DNA of 64,000 nucleotides from positions 48,920,001 through 48,984,000 of the forward strand of contig NC_087437.1 of NCBI RefSeq assembly GCF_036321535.1, given 5' to 3'. The notes beneath the pieces are model-generated. The model made no database searches and was not told the origin of the DNA. It saw only the letters and a program-made list of their open reading frames with translations. A program made the position numbers and the translations under genes. Source of the stretch: Camelus dromedarius. Taxonomy: Eukaryota. This document shows, in pieces, positions 51,056 to 64,000 of the stretch. Positions within the stretch are counted from its first letter, which is position 1; each line of letters begins with the position of its first letter.

Positions 51056-51074
51056 TAGCCACCAGGTGGCGCCA
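51056..51074 (+). promoter_or_regulatory. Candidate CTCF binding site
   Basis: TAGCCACCAGGTGGCGCCA matches the CTCF core consensus CCASYAGRKGGCRS at every position, in non-repetitive AT-rich sequence. Confidence 0.75.
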
Positions 51075-52349
51075 TCATCTAAGGACAGCTTAGTTGCTTT
51101 TCATTAAAAGCTTGCTCTGGGTGCAAGAGTTACTACTAAGTGGAAAGAATAAGATAGGGACCCTACAGCTAGCTTTCTGTTCATATGTAAGATGTGAAAA
51201 TCTTACAACAAGAAGATTAGTGAATATTTATTAAATTAATAAGTGATTGCTTGTCAGCAAGTACCATTATTCCACCAACTTCAAGTAGTCTTTATTTTCC
51301 TTCCCTTTGAAAGGGGCTTCATTGTTTTAATTATCAATATGTGAGTAAGATTAAAAATATATAGTTTGAATCTCTGTCATTCTTTTCATTGGATTGTTAT
51401 TTTTATGTGACTTTATTCCCAGCTTTTAAAAAGTGAAAAAAATGTGAAAAAGCTTCATATCCAGAGAATTCTTTTGTGAAAGTTTGGGACACCACTCAAA
51501 AAGGCATAGGTAGAAAGAGCAGAAAGGAAAACTAGGTAAAGATTAGTGATCCCAGGAAGAAGAAGATACACTTTTTGAAACTCAGTCCGTTGGAAAATCA
51601 GTAGAGCTCTTTAGGGATGCGATGATGTAGTTAAAACATGCCTGTTGGTTGTGCCACTTGTGCTTAAAGCTACTGAGACTTGGGAAAGGCATGAGAAGAT
51701 GTTTGCAAACTATTAAGAGGCAAACAGGGATTTTTCTAATATGAAAAAGGAGACTGGATAGATCCTGACTCTGGTTTGGAAAGAAAAGATAAGTACCTGT
51801 TTGTTAGTCTGTAACTTTTTTTGCTTGGCAGAATATTTAGAATCTGTATAAGTTTATTTTCACTGTAATTGATGTGAGACATGAAAATATAATGTAGATA
51901 TGAAACAATTTACTTTTGTTTATAATTTTGTGATGCAGAGTTTAAATTAGGGGAATGTTAAGTTTTTAGCATTAATCTAACACTGAATCCTATTTTTGAA
52001 GTCAATAGATAAACAGCAATTAAAATTAGAAAATGATAACAAAGAAAACAAAAGCCTTTGTTAGCATAAAGAATTAAGTTTGTAGCTACTTTCCCAGAAA
52101 AAGGTTGAGCAGAGTAGACCATTGTGAAAGAATGCCTTCTAGGGCAAAATAATACAACAGCAGAAAGAATATAATTTTGTGCCTCTAACCCCAGACTTCC
52201 TCCACATTAGTGACAATTCTTTAAAAAAAACCACCAAGTATTCTCATGGCCTTTGAATGAATGTATTTTTTTGCATATTATGGGGAAAGAAAATGCCACT
52301 GTAGAGATGAGAAAGCTGTATGTCTAAACCTGACCTTTCTCCCGTGTCT

Positions 52350-52780
52350 GTCTCTGTCTGCTGGATGTCTCCAGTTAAATGTTGCTCATGTGTCTCAAAC
52401 TTACTATGTCTGAGACATTTCTCAACACTAAGGAGTTTTCCAGTGAACATTCTGGTTATATTGATTTATTTTTAGTTCCCTGTTTGGAATGTGATTTCTC
52501 TCCTCTTTTTGACTCTGTCCACTTTCTCACTCCCCTCCACATCCTCACCCTCCCCACCCCCAGCCCACCCTGGGGCTTCCATTTTCTAGGTTTACATGCT
52601 CCTGTAGTGTCCTATGTTTCTGCCTTTACAGCTCTTATAACACCATTCACTTGTCAGTTATCACCCACTGGAATTTAAACCCTGTGGTGGGGGGCCACAT
52701 TTACTTTACCCACTACTATATCATTAGCAATTACCTGTGCCTGGCATATATTAAATCAGTAATATTTGTTGAATGAAAGA
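52350..52780 (+). mobile_element. L2 fragments ending in the L2 3' terminus
   Basis: tgcctggcatata...taatatttgttgaatgaa terminus. Confidence 0.55.
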
Positions 52781-54059
52781 GAACTCAAGTTTCATATTTT
52801 TGGCAAAGAATCAGCATAAACAACACAGCAGAGCCAAAAGGCAGATTGGATTAACCTTGCTGCACCACCGACCCCTTATTGCTGGTGGAGAAGTTGGAGG
52901 GGGTGGATACAGATGAGTGAGAGATGGGTGGTGATGGTGGTGTGGAGACAAATGCAGTAGAAAAATCAGCTTCTTCCTGATAGGTAATGTAGCTCCCCCC
53001 CAAAGCCCCACCCCCTTCTGTCTCCATTCTCTCTAGTTTTAATTATCACCAGCTGGAGCCACTTAATCCTAACAGTTTACATGTTACTACAGCATCTGTG
53101 AGAATCCAGAACGTGAGCTTCAGATAGCACCAAATAATTCTTTTCCCTTATTTCTCTAGCTATACCTTTACCTTTTAGAACTGATTACCCTGAAGAATGG
53201 AAGAATGACGCAGATCAGATTATTTATTAGGGATATAAGAATCTATCTCTGTGTGTCTTATCCCAGGAACTGGCCACTTCTGGACTCATCTTGAATTGCA
53301 CTTGCTATAGCATCATTACTTAATTTGTGGATTTAAATTCCAAGAATTTAAGGACAAAAATATATGTATATATGCACCAGGATGTCTGTCTCTATCCTCC
53401 TGGAGGAAACCCAAAGGAGGATTTACGAGGACCTAATTCATGCTGAAAAACATCTTTGTGAATTAGAGAAATAGTGTGCGGCTTGCAGATTTGGACATTG
53501 GATATTTAAGATTTTAGAAGACATTAGGAATTAGTTGATTTGCTCATTGTCTTTGAACATATTGACCTACTTTTGTGTCTACCCAGCCCTTTCTCTTGGA
53601 AAAGGAATGCCCTGGAGTGCCTCCCCATGTCCTTTGCATGGGTAACTTCCGTGTGGCCTTTAAGACTTACCTCAGCCATCACCCAACTGTCCATTCCTGC
53701 TCTCTCTAGACATTTCTTTAGCATTGTGTCTACCACCACTCCCCATGCTTTGTTGCATGGTATCAAATGTCTCCTTAAACCAATTATCTTCCAAGACTCT
53801 TGACATTTTCAGAAAGCAGCCCAAGAATTTGACTCTACTGGAAGAGTTGGGCAGTGTTGACCCTCGCACAGAATGTGTCATTTATGCCCAGAAAGACTAG
53901 AGCTTGGTCTGCTTCCTTCTGGTCTGTCTACTCTAAGTACCTCTTCATGTTACTCCTCTTTTATTGAGTGTATTTAGTATTAAGGTGTCATATATCGAGC
54001 ATAGCCTGTCATGGGGAGTGAGCTTATAATAATTCCTTCCAAGAGAAGAACATGCAAGC

Positions 54060-54426
54060 TGTTATGGATTGAATGTGTCCTCTCCACCTCAAATTTCATG
54101 GGTTGAAGCCCTAACCCCCAATGCAGTGGTATTGGGAGGTGGCTCTTTGGGATGTAGTTAGGTTTAGACATCAGGGTAGGACCTCCATGATAGAATTAGT
54201 GTTCTTAGAAGAAAATGAAGATTTTGGAACTTGCTTTCTTTCCACCATGTGAGAGGAGAATACAGCAAAAGGTGACTATCAGCCAGGAAGAGAGCCATTA
54301 CTAGATACCGAGTCTGCTATCAACTTGATCTGGGACTTCCCAGTCTCCAGAAATGTGAGAAGTAAGTTTTGTTTATCCCATCTAGTCTATGGTGTTTTAT
54401 TATAGCAGTTTGAGCTGACCAAGGCG
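54060..54426 (+). mobile_element. MLT1A/B-like solo LTR
   Basis: tgttatggattgaatgtgtcc...gttgaagccctaaccccca...gacttcccagtctccagaaatgtgaga...ttatagcag. Confidence 0.85.
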
Positions 54427-54469
54427 GAAGCCGAAGCTCACTTTCATTGTGTCAGGGGTGTGCTGTTTC

Positions 54470-54695
54470 TGGGGCCAGAGTGGCCTAGGTTAGAATGCCA
54501 GTGCCTCTGTGTACTAGCTGTGAGACCTCGGGCAAGTTTCCTAACTTTTATGTGTTTCAGTTTCTTCATCTGTAAAATGGGAGTGATAATAGTATCTACT
54601 TACAGGGTTGTTATGAGGAATAAATAAATTAATGCATGTGACACACTCAAAATGGTACTTAGCACATAGAGTTCAACCCAGGTTAGCTGGCATTA
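54470..54695 (+). mobile_element. MIR SINE
   Basis: tactagctgtgagacctcgggcaagtt...cagtttcttcatctgtaaaatggg...cagggttgttatgagga. Confidence 0.88.
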
Positions 54696-55403
54696 TACAT
54701 ATCCTACAGCTGAACATGGAACACCCGTTCTGATGAATGTGACCGCTGCCTCACCCCACACTAGTGGTACCCACACCATGTCTGGCACAGACCTGCCGGA
54801 CCTTCCCACTGGGAGGTGGCTGAGCATCCCTGCACGGCTGGCATTCCTGCGTCCTGGGACACAGAATATAGCCTCAACGTAAACCTTACAAGCCTGTTAC
54901 ACCGCAGAGGAGGCTCTGGAGACAGTCTGAACCTTCCCCAGCCCACACTTCTCTGCGTGCTTCTTGCTTTAGCATCCTCCCACAGAGTCACAATCTAGAC
55001 ACTCTTACTTCTCCCAGTATACGAATAAAATGGCTGATAGTACATAGGTCCTAGCTATTGTTCTAAAATACACATATGAGCATGATAAGCACCTTGTTTG
55101 AAAAACATTGGATAACTCCTTAACTCCCATGGGGTAAAATGCAAACGTACTAGAATGACTTTCATAGTTCTTTACTTATAGTCCTGACATCTCGTGTCTT
55201 TCCTTCCTATTGCTGTTTGTTCTCAAACTTGCGAACTTCGTGCCTTCTTTTATATCTCTATGCCTTGTGCACCCTCTCCTCTCTACCAAGAAAGGTCTTT
55301 TTGGCTTGGTGAACTCCTACCATCCTTGAAGACTCAGCTTAAATATCCCCTTTCTTTACTTTTAGAGACAAAGCTAGCTATTTGCTTTTCTAATACAGTC
55401 TTT

Positions 55404-55525
55404 TTTTTTTTTTTAAATAAAGTTGTTGTTTTTATTTATTTATTTAAATGGAGGCACTGGAGACTGAACCCAGGACCTCATGCATGTTAAGCACGTGCTC
55501 TACCACTGAGCTATACCCTCCCCCA
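55404..55525 (-). mobile_element. tRNA-derived SINE (camelid vic-1-like) with 15-bp TSD
   Basis: Same family as 18409-18535; TSD tctaatacagtcttt 55389-55403 and tctaatatagtcttt 55526-55540. Confidence 0.9.
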
Positions 55526-56339
55526 TCTAATATAGTCTTTACACCAACTTACACCTGGTTAGAGAGAGCTTCAGTAAGAGAGACCTCCATTTAAAAATTG
55601 TCTGAAGCTTTTCTGTATGGGAGGAGACAGCATGCATGTTGGAAACATTATTTTTATTCTGTGAAGAATCACTCAAGAGGCCCTTCTTAATTATATTTTG
55701 GGGGCTGTCTTGTTTGCTAACCCCTGTGATGAATGGTTCTGATTTTTTTTGATGAGAAATATATATACTTTTCTTCCTTTCCTATACATGACAGTGTTAC
55801 TGTATTATTAAATGAGTTATATTTTGTTCAGCTGGTAAATAAACTTTAGGAGTGAGTGAAATGATTTCCTTCTGTGATAAACTGGTAAAATACCACTGAA
55901 AACTACTGTTGTAGGAAGGCTTTTCCCAAGTACAAAGCCATGATGTTTATTAGCTTGTCATCCTGTTGTAGAGTTCCCTCCTTTAATTGTGGTTGTGCAG
56001 TTTGCATTTAACTATTGTGTTTAATTTACTCTATTTACTGTGGAGATGCCCTTGGCCACACGCTTTTAAATTCCTCAGGCTTTATGTGTTATGGCTTTTC
56101 ATCAACCGATTGAGGTTTACAGTGTTTGTTACACAACTTACAACAAGGTTGAACATGTGTTGATTTTTTTGCCATTTAAATTATAGTTATCTAGAATCAT
56201 AAAAATGTACATTGATAAAGTAGTACACAGGTTTCTTAACAAAAAAATCTGGAACCTCATATAGGAGTTATAAGACATTATATCATAGTGGTGGCACTGA
56301 ATTGAATAAATAGGGGAAGAAGAGTACTTCAGTGACTTA

Positions 56340-56790
56340 TGAGTTTCTATCTCTAGCCTGTTTCTTCTTTGGGCTCCAGTTTCATGTATTCAGTTGTCTC
56401 AACATCTTCACTTGGTTGATTCAAAGGTGTTTCAAAGTCGATGTGATTCTCACTGATTTTACAATTCCCAACCAAAACGTGGTCCTCTTTAGTTTTCTCT
56501 ATTTCAGTGAATGACCCCACTGTCCATCTAGGTACATGAACTGGAAACCCAAGAATCAGTCTTAACCTGTCCTCTTATCTGCCATACCCAACATAGCACC
56601 AAATTCAGCTGATTTCTATATTTACCAATTTCTATATTTCACTATTTATATTGATTTAACCTTTTAAATATTCCTTATATATACTCATTCCATCCTCACT
56701 GGCCCATGTTGCAAACAGCCCACCCTGGACTACTGCAGTCACTTTTGAACTGGTCTTTTTGCAACTACTCTGATCTTCCTCTAGAAAAAT
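56340..56790 (+). mobile_element. L2 fragment
   Basis: ctatctctagcc...aacatcttcacttgg...tatttcagtgaatgac...cctggactactgcagtcac. Confidence 0.65.
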
Positions 56791-58307
56791 TGGAACCTGA
56801 ACAGGTAAACAGGTGTGTGAGGAGTTGAAGACTATTAGAATGTTCCAGTCATGAAGTAACGAGCCTGAACTGCCTCTGTGGCAATGACAGGAGAAATCTT
56901 AACTGTATGAAATATCATGAGGAAAGAGTTGATGAGAGAGGCACGAAGTTCACAAGTTTGTGAACAAAGGGCAATAGGGAGGAAAGACACTAGATGTCAG
57001 GACTATAAGTAAAGAACTATGAAAGTCACAGTGAACCCAATTTTCTGGATACAGAGATACTTTCTGGATGTCTGCAAGTGAATTAATGTGGTATAGATAG
57101 TGCCATCACCCCTCTTCTGCACACACACATTCAGAGAAGCTGCCAATATGTGAGTGTTCAGGTGGGACTGATAAAACTAATGTGGAAACAGGCACTTCTA
57201 CCCTGTTTATATTAAGACTGCCCTTTGATTTGCAGCTATGACATCTATTTGTAGAATTCAACTAATTTTTTGTTTTAGATTCATGTTCTTCCCATTGTTT
57301 TAGCTGAGAAATAAACATTCTGCTCAGAGTCATCAACGAGAAAGGCTGCAAATCCCAATTTCAGTGCTTTTGAACTGACATTAGTCAGGTTTCATCCTCA
57401 CGGATTAAGTGCGGAAGGATATCTGTTACACAAAATGCAAAGCACACCTTGATTGCTCTGAGGTACAAAGGCCATGATCCAATTCTTGTGATGGATATGA
57501 GGGTTATGCTTAGAAATTAATTAAACAGATTTTTTAAACTCAGAAAAACAAAAACATCATATTAATCATTTGTATATTTTAACTTTGCATATTTTCTTCT
57601 AGTCTTTGGTCATTTACATCTATGTCTCACAGGTTTGCTTCCTATTTTGTTTGCTATTTTTCATTTAATATACAAAATATTTTCACATATTTTTGAGTAT
57701 TCTTCCTAAATAACCTTTTCCATGAATCCATGAGATCTCCTAGATTTAGGTACCATGATTTATTTTATTTTTCTTCTACTTGAGTATTTTAGATTTATTT
57801 TCAAATTTTCACTCTTACATAAGTTGCAATGCATATGACTTTCCCCCACCCCCGTTATATACCCAGTATACATTCCTCAAAGATGGGAACGGTAAGTTAA
57901 ACAGTAACAGCCTTTTGAATTCTCAATACATATTTCTAAATTGCTTTCCTAAATGGTTACAGCAATTATATAACGAAAATGTATGAATGCAAGCAAAAAT
58001 AGTTGTATATTTATCATGTATGATGTCTTGTTTAGGTACTGTTGAAGCATGTGATATCTTTGGGAGAGAAAGAAATGGCATTATAAGGTTAAGATTTGGA
58101 ATTATGCTGTGATTGGAAAAATACAGAAACATAAACAGAAAACAAGTCTTAGGAGGTTATAAAACTGTAATTTGAGGAATGTGGGAAGCCCAGGGGATAC
58201 TGAGAGAATATCAGGCATATTAAAGATGGAAAACTGGAGTTCTTGAACATGGAGTTGAGGCTGAATAAGAGATAGCATGAGGAGGAAGTGTTTTAGGATG
58301 AATCCTG

Positions 58308-58754
58308 AAGTAGTTTCCTGGGCTACCATAACGAAGTTCCACAAACTGTGTAGCTTATACAAGAGAAATTTATTGTCTCACCGTTTGAGGGGCTGGAAGT
58401 CCGAGATGAAGGTGTTTGCAAAGTAGGTTCCTTCTGAGGGCTGTGAAGGAGAATCTATTCCATTTCCCTCTCGTAGCTTCTGATAGCCTCTCTCTGACAT
58501 TCCTTGGCTTGTAGGTGACATTCTCCCTGTGTTTTGCTTCACATTTTCTTCTGTTTATTTCTCTGGGTCCAAAGTTTCCTTTTTTTCTTTTTTTAATAAG
58601 GATACAGTCATTTTGGATTAGAGCGCATCCTGAAAGCCTCACCTTAACTTGTTCATCTGCAAAAAACCCTATTTCCAAATAAGGTCACATTCATAGGTAC
58701 TGGGGGACTGTGGATTCCAGCATCCTTCTGAGAGACTCTGTACAACCCGTAACA
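58308..58754 (-). mobile_element. MLT1C/D-like solo LTR
   Basis: tagtttcctgggctaccataac...ctggaagtccgagatgaagg...ccctatttccaaataaggtcacattc...caacccgtaaca. Confidence 0.85.
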
Positions 58755-58804
58755 AGCCCAAAATGCAAACTTAAGAGCAGATAAGGATGGATTAAGTGCA
58801 GTAC

Positions 58805-58999
58805 AAATCATGAGCTTTGAAGTCAGGCAGTGCTGGGTTTGAATCCCAATTTGGCCGCTCTATTGCTTCTGTGATCTTGAGTAAATTATTTAGTCTCTGA
58901 GCCTCTAGTTGCCTCATCTTAAAATGGAGTGAATTATACTTATTTTCCAGTGTTATTATGAGGAATGGAGCTAATGAAAGCTAAATATCCTAGCACAGC
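58805..58999 (+). mobile_element. MIR SINE; its tail continues at ~60096-60118 after the L1
   Basis: ctgggtttgaatcccaa...ctctgagcctc...cctcatcttaaaatgg...ttattatgagga. Confidence 0.8.
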
Positions 59000-59013
59000 A
59001 CCTAGCACTTCTT

Positions 59014-60081
59014 TTTTTTTTTTTTTAACATTTTTTATTGGTTTATAATCACTTTACAATGTTGTGTCAAATTCCAGTGTTCAGCACAATTTTTCAGTCA
59101 TTCATGGACTTATACACACTCATTGTCACATTTTTTTCTCTGTGAGTTATCATAACATTTTGTGTATATTTCCCTGTGCTGTACAGTGTAATCTTGTTTA
59201 TCTATTCTACAATTTTGAAATCCCAGTCTATCCCTTCCCACCCTCCACCCCCCTGGCAACCACAAGTCTGTATTCTCTGTCTATGAGTCTATTTCTGTCC
59301 TATATTTACACTTTGTTTTTGTTTGTTTTTGTTTTTTAGATTCCACATATGAGCGATCTCATATGGTATTTTTCTTTCTCTTTCTGGCTTACTTCACTTA
59401 GAATGACATTCTCCAGGAGCATCCATGTTGCTGCAAATGGCATTATGTTGTTGGTTTTTATGGCTGAGTAGTATTCCATTGTATAAATATACCACTTCTT
59501 CTTTATCCAGTCACCTGTTGATGGACATTTAGGCTGTTTCCATGTTTTGGCTACTGTAAATAGTGCTGCTATGAACATTGGGGTGCAGGTGTCATCCTGA
59601 AGTAGGGTTCCTTCTGATACAAGCCCAGGAGTGGGATTCCTGGGTCATATGGTAAGTCTATTCCTAGTCTTTTGAGGAATCTCCACACTGTTTTCCACAG
59701 TGGCTGTACCAAACTGCATTTCCACTAGCAGTGTAGGAGGGTTCTCCTTTCTCCACAGCCTCTCCAGCATTTGTCATTTGTGGATTTTTGAATGACGGCC
59801 ATTCTGACTGGTGTGAGGTGATACCTCATTGTAGTTTTGATTTGCATTTCTCTGATAATTAGTGATATTGAGCATTTTTTCATGTGCCTTTTGATCATTT
59901 GTATGTCTTCCTTGGAGAACTGCTTGTTTAGGTCTTTTGCCCATTTTTGGATTGGGTTGTTTATTTTTTTCTTATTGAGTTGTATGAGCTGCTTATATAT
60001 TCTGGAGATCAAGCCTTTGTTGGTTTCATTTGCAAAAATTTTCTCCCATTCCGTAGGTTGTCTTCTTGTTTTACCTCTGGT
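59014..60081 (-). mobile_element. Young 5'-truncated L1 (ORF2 C-terminus and 3'UTR) with perfect 14-bp TSD
   Basis: ORFs 59725-60090 and 59336-59578 are L1 ORF2 C-terminal; TSD acctagcacttctt 59000-59013 and 60082-60095; endonuclease-type site TCTT/AA. Confidence 0.95.
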
Positions 60082-62564
60082 ACCTAGCACTTCTTAATTG
60101 TTTGATAAATGATAGTTTAAAAAATGTCACTCTTCAAGAAAAAAAAATGAGTTCATCTTCAAAGGTGGTGAATTTCTCCTAAAACTAATGAGCCAGGGAG
60201 TCTTTCCTGAATGGGGAATCGGAATATCATAATTAATCTCTGTTTAGGAAAGATTTCTCCCAATGAAGCTTTAGGATCCCAAGTACTGGACAAAGGACAA
60301 CCTACCTGGATAGAATTAGACTGGGTTGGGAACAATCATTGAAAACTTTTTCTTTCTTTCTTTCTTTTTTTTTTTTGTTCTCATTTTCTTTGGCTGCTTC
60401 CTTTGTCAGATGCATAGATGCTTCAAAGTTTATGACTGAAAATGACATGGCAGGTCAAGGTGATAAACTAAGGCAGAGCTTTACAATTTGGTGATGTTTT
60501 GTTCTTGATACTAGTTTTCCTGTTGTAGATCTGATATTACTCAGCATCCCTAATAGTCCTCAAGAGATGTTTGGTTTTCCTTTTTCCTTAAAGATAGACA
60601 TATGACAAGCCAGGGATTAGGCACTATATTCTACATTGACTTGAGGTTGAGAAAAAACTCAGCGTAGGAAGTAACAGATCACTGTCTAGTTTGATTGACA
60701 GCCTTGTTCTAGTCTAATGGGCCACATTCTAAGTAGGGGTCAAGAAGAACTCAGCATGATCAGAGTCATGAATAATCTTTCTTTTGCTGAATTGAACTGA
60801 ATAAGACAAAAACTGGGGAGGAGACATTACATGTATGTATTTAATCTTTTGGTTGGAATCTTTAGGCACAAGGAATGGCCAGTATAGTGTGAAGTGAAAA
60901 TAGGAGAGAATGTTTTATTTGACAGGTGGAGTAGGGATAATTTTAGCATTTTAAAAATGACGACAAAATAACTGGAGTAATAAATAAACCACCTGTGGTA
61001 TACCCAAATAGGAATAGGTCTTTGTTTAGGGAGAAAGTGGGGCTAGTTATCTGCTCTCGGAACCCAGGCTTTGAAATCAGCTAATTGTCATTTGAATTTA
61101 CTTGGCTCAGATAGGTGTCTTCTAAAAATGATTTTTACTTAGAACTTTTAAAATAAAGATGCCAGAAAGAAATAATTGAGAATGGTTGAAATAATGCTAT
61201 GAAATAACTCTGTAAGGCTTATTAAAATTATAGTAAACAACAAGCTACTCCTAAGATTCTAAATGTCTTTTTCTAGTTTGGGAATTAGTGAAATCCTTAG
61301 ATTGGTGTAGATATGGAAATATGTCTGCCTGATTCAGAGTGCATTTCCTTTGTACTTATGTACAAAGTGTAGTTGTAGCTGTGCATTGTCTAGTAATCCT
61401 CCTCTACAGTCCATGCTGCCCCACATTTCATGTATCTTCTGTACGAGTTTAGTCATCGACTTAAATCAGAGTCTAAATACTCCTTGCCTAGAGTTCTCAG
61501 CCTTGCTAATTGCTTCAAGTTAGAATGCTAGGAACAAAATTTTGGCATGTGGAATGAAACCCTTGGAACTTGTGCTGTTTTCAGTGTGTTTCGCCCAGAG
61601 AGATGGAGAGACATTTCTGGTTTGATGGATGGTGCAATACTCAGAGTGTAGGCGGGACAGGCCGTATTCTGAAACTAGCAGGTACACCGTGGGAGATACC
61701 CAGGAAATTTTTTTCTGTATGTTGACTTTTCTAAAAAGCCCTGTGAGTTTTATCAGTATATTGATTGTTACAGAGGCTCAGTGATCCACTGTGGGTTTTA
61801 ATTGGGTGCTGGAGACTTGAGCTTGGCCTCTTGGGAATTGAACAACCAGGTCATCATCTAAATTGTGGGTCCACTGGAAGTTCTAACAGTTTCAGCAGTA
61901 GCAGTAGATCATCGGCTTTCCCATTTTAATGCTCTAATGGTCAACAAACCATAAAAAGCACTTAGGAACCCTGGGCTCTTAAAGCAAGGGTGTATGCAAG
62001 GAAGCAACTCCTGTCTTCTTCCTCCTTGCCCTGGATTTCAGTGGAAAATACTCTAAGTCTTGGCCATTTATACTTTATAGTTTACAGGCGGTGTGTGGCT
62101 GGCATCAGGAGGTGGAGGGCAGGATCTTTCTGAACCAGATCTCCTATTTGAAAAGCCTGGGGGAGAAGGGGTGTGGCTTAGGGGGTCACAGAATAGTACA
62201 GATGAAGAATGCTAGTCCTGGCAGTGGGGCCAGGCTCAGTTTTTTCATTGCACTTTCTTAGGTTACCTCTCTTGGCCCAGATGAAAATCTGTCTCTTGCA
62301 CAGAGCTTCCCTAAGTTTAGTCCATTAGAATGAGGGGTTTCCTATAACTGGCTCAATTGCTTTATCTTGCCTATAAAAGCAAAGTTTAATGCCACTGAAA
62401 ACTATAACATTTTTGTGGTATCAATTAAAAATACAGTTTTTTTCTAATTTATTTACTCAAATGTGCATTACAAACTAAAACCTGCTTAAAGTAGAAACAC
62501 ATTCAATGTGACCATTGTTTTTCCTTTACATAAGGACAACCATAATTATGTTGTTTGTTCAAAT

Positions 62565-64000
62565 GATTGATTTATATTGAAGTATAGTTGACTCACCTAT
62601 TAGTTTCAGATGTACAACATAGTGATTTGATATTTCTATAGATTATGTGCCATGCAAAGCTATTACAATATTATTGACTATATTCCCTGTGCTGTACATT
62701 ACATCCCTATGACTTATTTATTCTATAACTGATAGTTTGTAACTCTTAATTCCCTTCACCTGTTTTGCCGTCCCTCCACCTCCCCTCTAGCAACCACTAG
62801 GGTGTTCTCTGTTATCGGTGAGTCTGTTTCTGTTTTGTTATATTTGTTTAGTTGTTTTATTTTTTATATTTCACATATGAGTGAAAACATACAGGATTTG
62901 TCTTTGTCTGACTTATGTCACTCAGCATAATACCCTCCAAGTTTAACCATGTTGCCTAAAATGGCAAGATTCCATTTTTTTAGCAAAGTAAAGCTTCATT
63001 TTGTGTGTGTATGTACATGTTTGTGTATCCTTTATCTGCTCATCTGTTGATGGACACTTAGATTGCTTCCATATCTTGGCTACTATAAATGATGCTGCAG
63101 TGAACAATGGGGTGCGTATATCTTTTTAGTTAGTGTTTTCATTTTCTTTCCATAAATTCTCAGAAGTGGAATTGCTGGGTCATATGATAGCTCTATTTTA
63201 AAATCTTTGAAGAAGCTCTGTACTGTTTTCCATAGTGGCTATACCAATTTACATTCCCATCAACAGTGCATGAAGGTTCCCTTTTACCCACAGCCTTGCC
63301 AACACTTCTTATTTGTTGTCTTTTTGATAATAGCCATTCTGATGGGTGTGGGGTGATATCTCATTGTGGTTTTGATTTGCATTTCCTTGATGAGAGTGAT
63401 GCTGAGCATCTTTTCATGTACCTGTTGGCCATGTGTGTCTTCTTTGGAAAAATGTCTATTCATATTTTCTGCCCATTTTTAATTGAATTATTTGTATTTT
63501 GATGTTGAGTTGGATGATTTTTAATGTATTTTGAATATTAACCCTTTATAAGACATATCATTTGCAAATATCTTTTTCCATTCAGTAGTTGCCTTTTGAT
63601 TTTAGATGGTTTCCTTAGATGTGCAAAAGCTTTTTAGTTTTATGTGGTCCCATTTGTTAATTTTTTATTTTGTTTCCCCTGCCAGATGAGACATATACAA
63701 AAAATATTTCTAAGACCACTTTCAAAGAGCATACTGCCTATGTTTTCTTCTATGAGTTTTATGGTTTCAGGTACTACATTTAAGTCTTTATTCCATTTTG
63801 AGTTTATTTTTGTATATAGTGTGAGAAAATGGATTAGTTTCATTTTTAACATATAGCTGTCCAGTTTTTCCAGCACCACTTATTGAAGAAACTGTCTTTT
63901 CTCCATTCTATATTCTTGCCTCCTTTGTCGTAGATTAGTTGACATCATATGCACATGTGTTTATTTCTGGGCTCTCTATTCTGTCCTTATGATCAAGGTG
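62565..64000 (-). mobile_element. L1 3'UTR and ORF2 C-terminal part, running off the window end
   Basis: ORF 63640-63879 ([29 protein letters not shown]); 3'UTR related to those at ~6480 and ~39910. Confidence 0.92.

Overview
Mammalian nuclear DNA, most likely camelid: two tRNA-derived SINEs resemble the camelid vic-1 type as I recall it, and there is a young, lineage-specific L1 family. The window reads as repeat-rich intronic sequence. Nearly all sizeable L1s lie on the - strand and the + strand looks T/G-rich by eye, which suggests an intron of a long + strand gene that I cannot name. No cellular protein-coding exon is supported; the recognisable ORFs are decayed L1 ORF1/ORF2 pieces. Contents: a near-full-length old L1 in a three-layer nest, a young 3.1-kb L1 that has 5'UTR and ORF1 but almost no ORF2, several 5'-truncated L1s (one with an apparent ~175-bp 3' transduction), SINEs, MIR/L2, MaLR LTRs, hAT MITEs, a 28S rRNA fragment, a 66-bp tandem duplication, an AT palindrome and a near-consensus CTCF site. 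The most interesting item is the ORF2-less L1 with target-site duplications (TSDs) and a 3' tag, a candidate non-autonomous 'half-L1' or spliced L1. Repeat subfamily names come from recalled consensus sequences, not a database search, and boundaries of old repeats are approximate.
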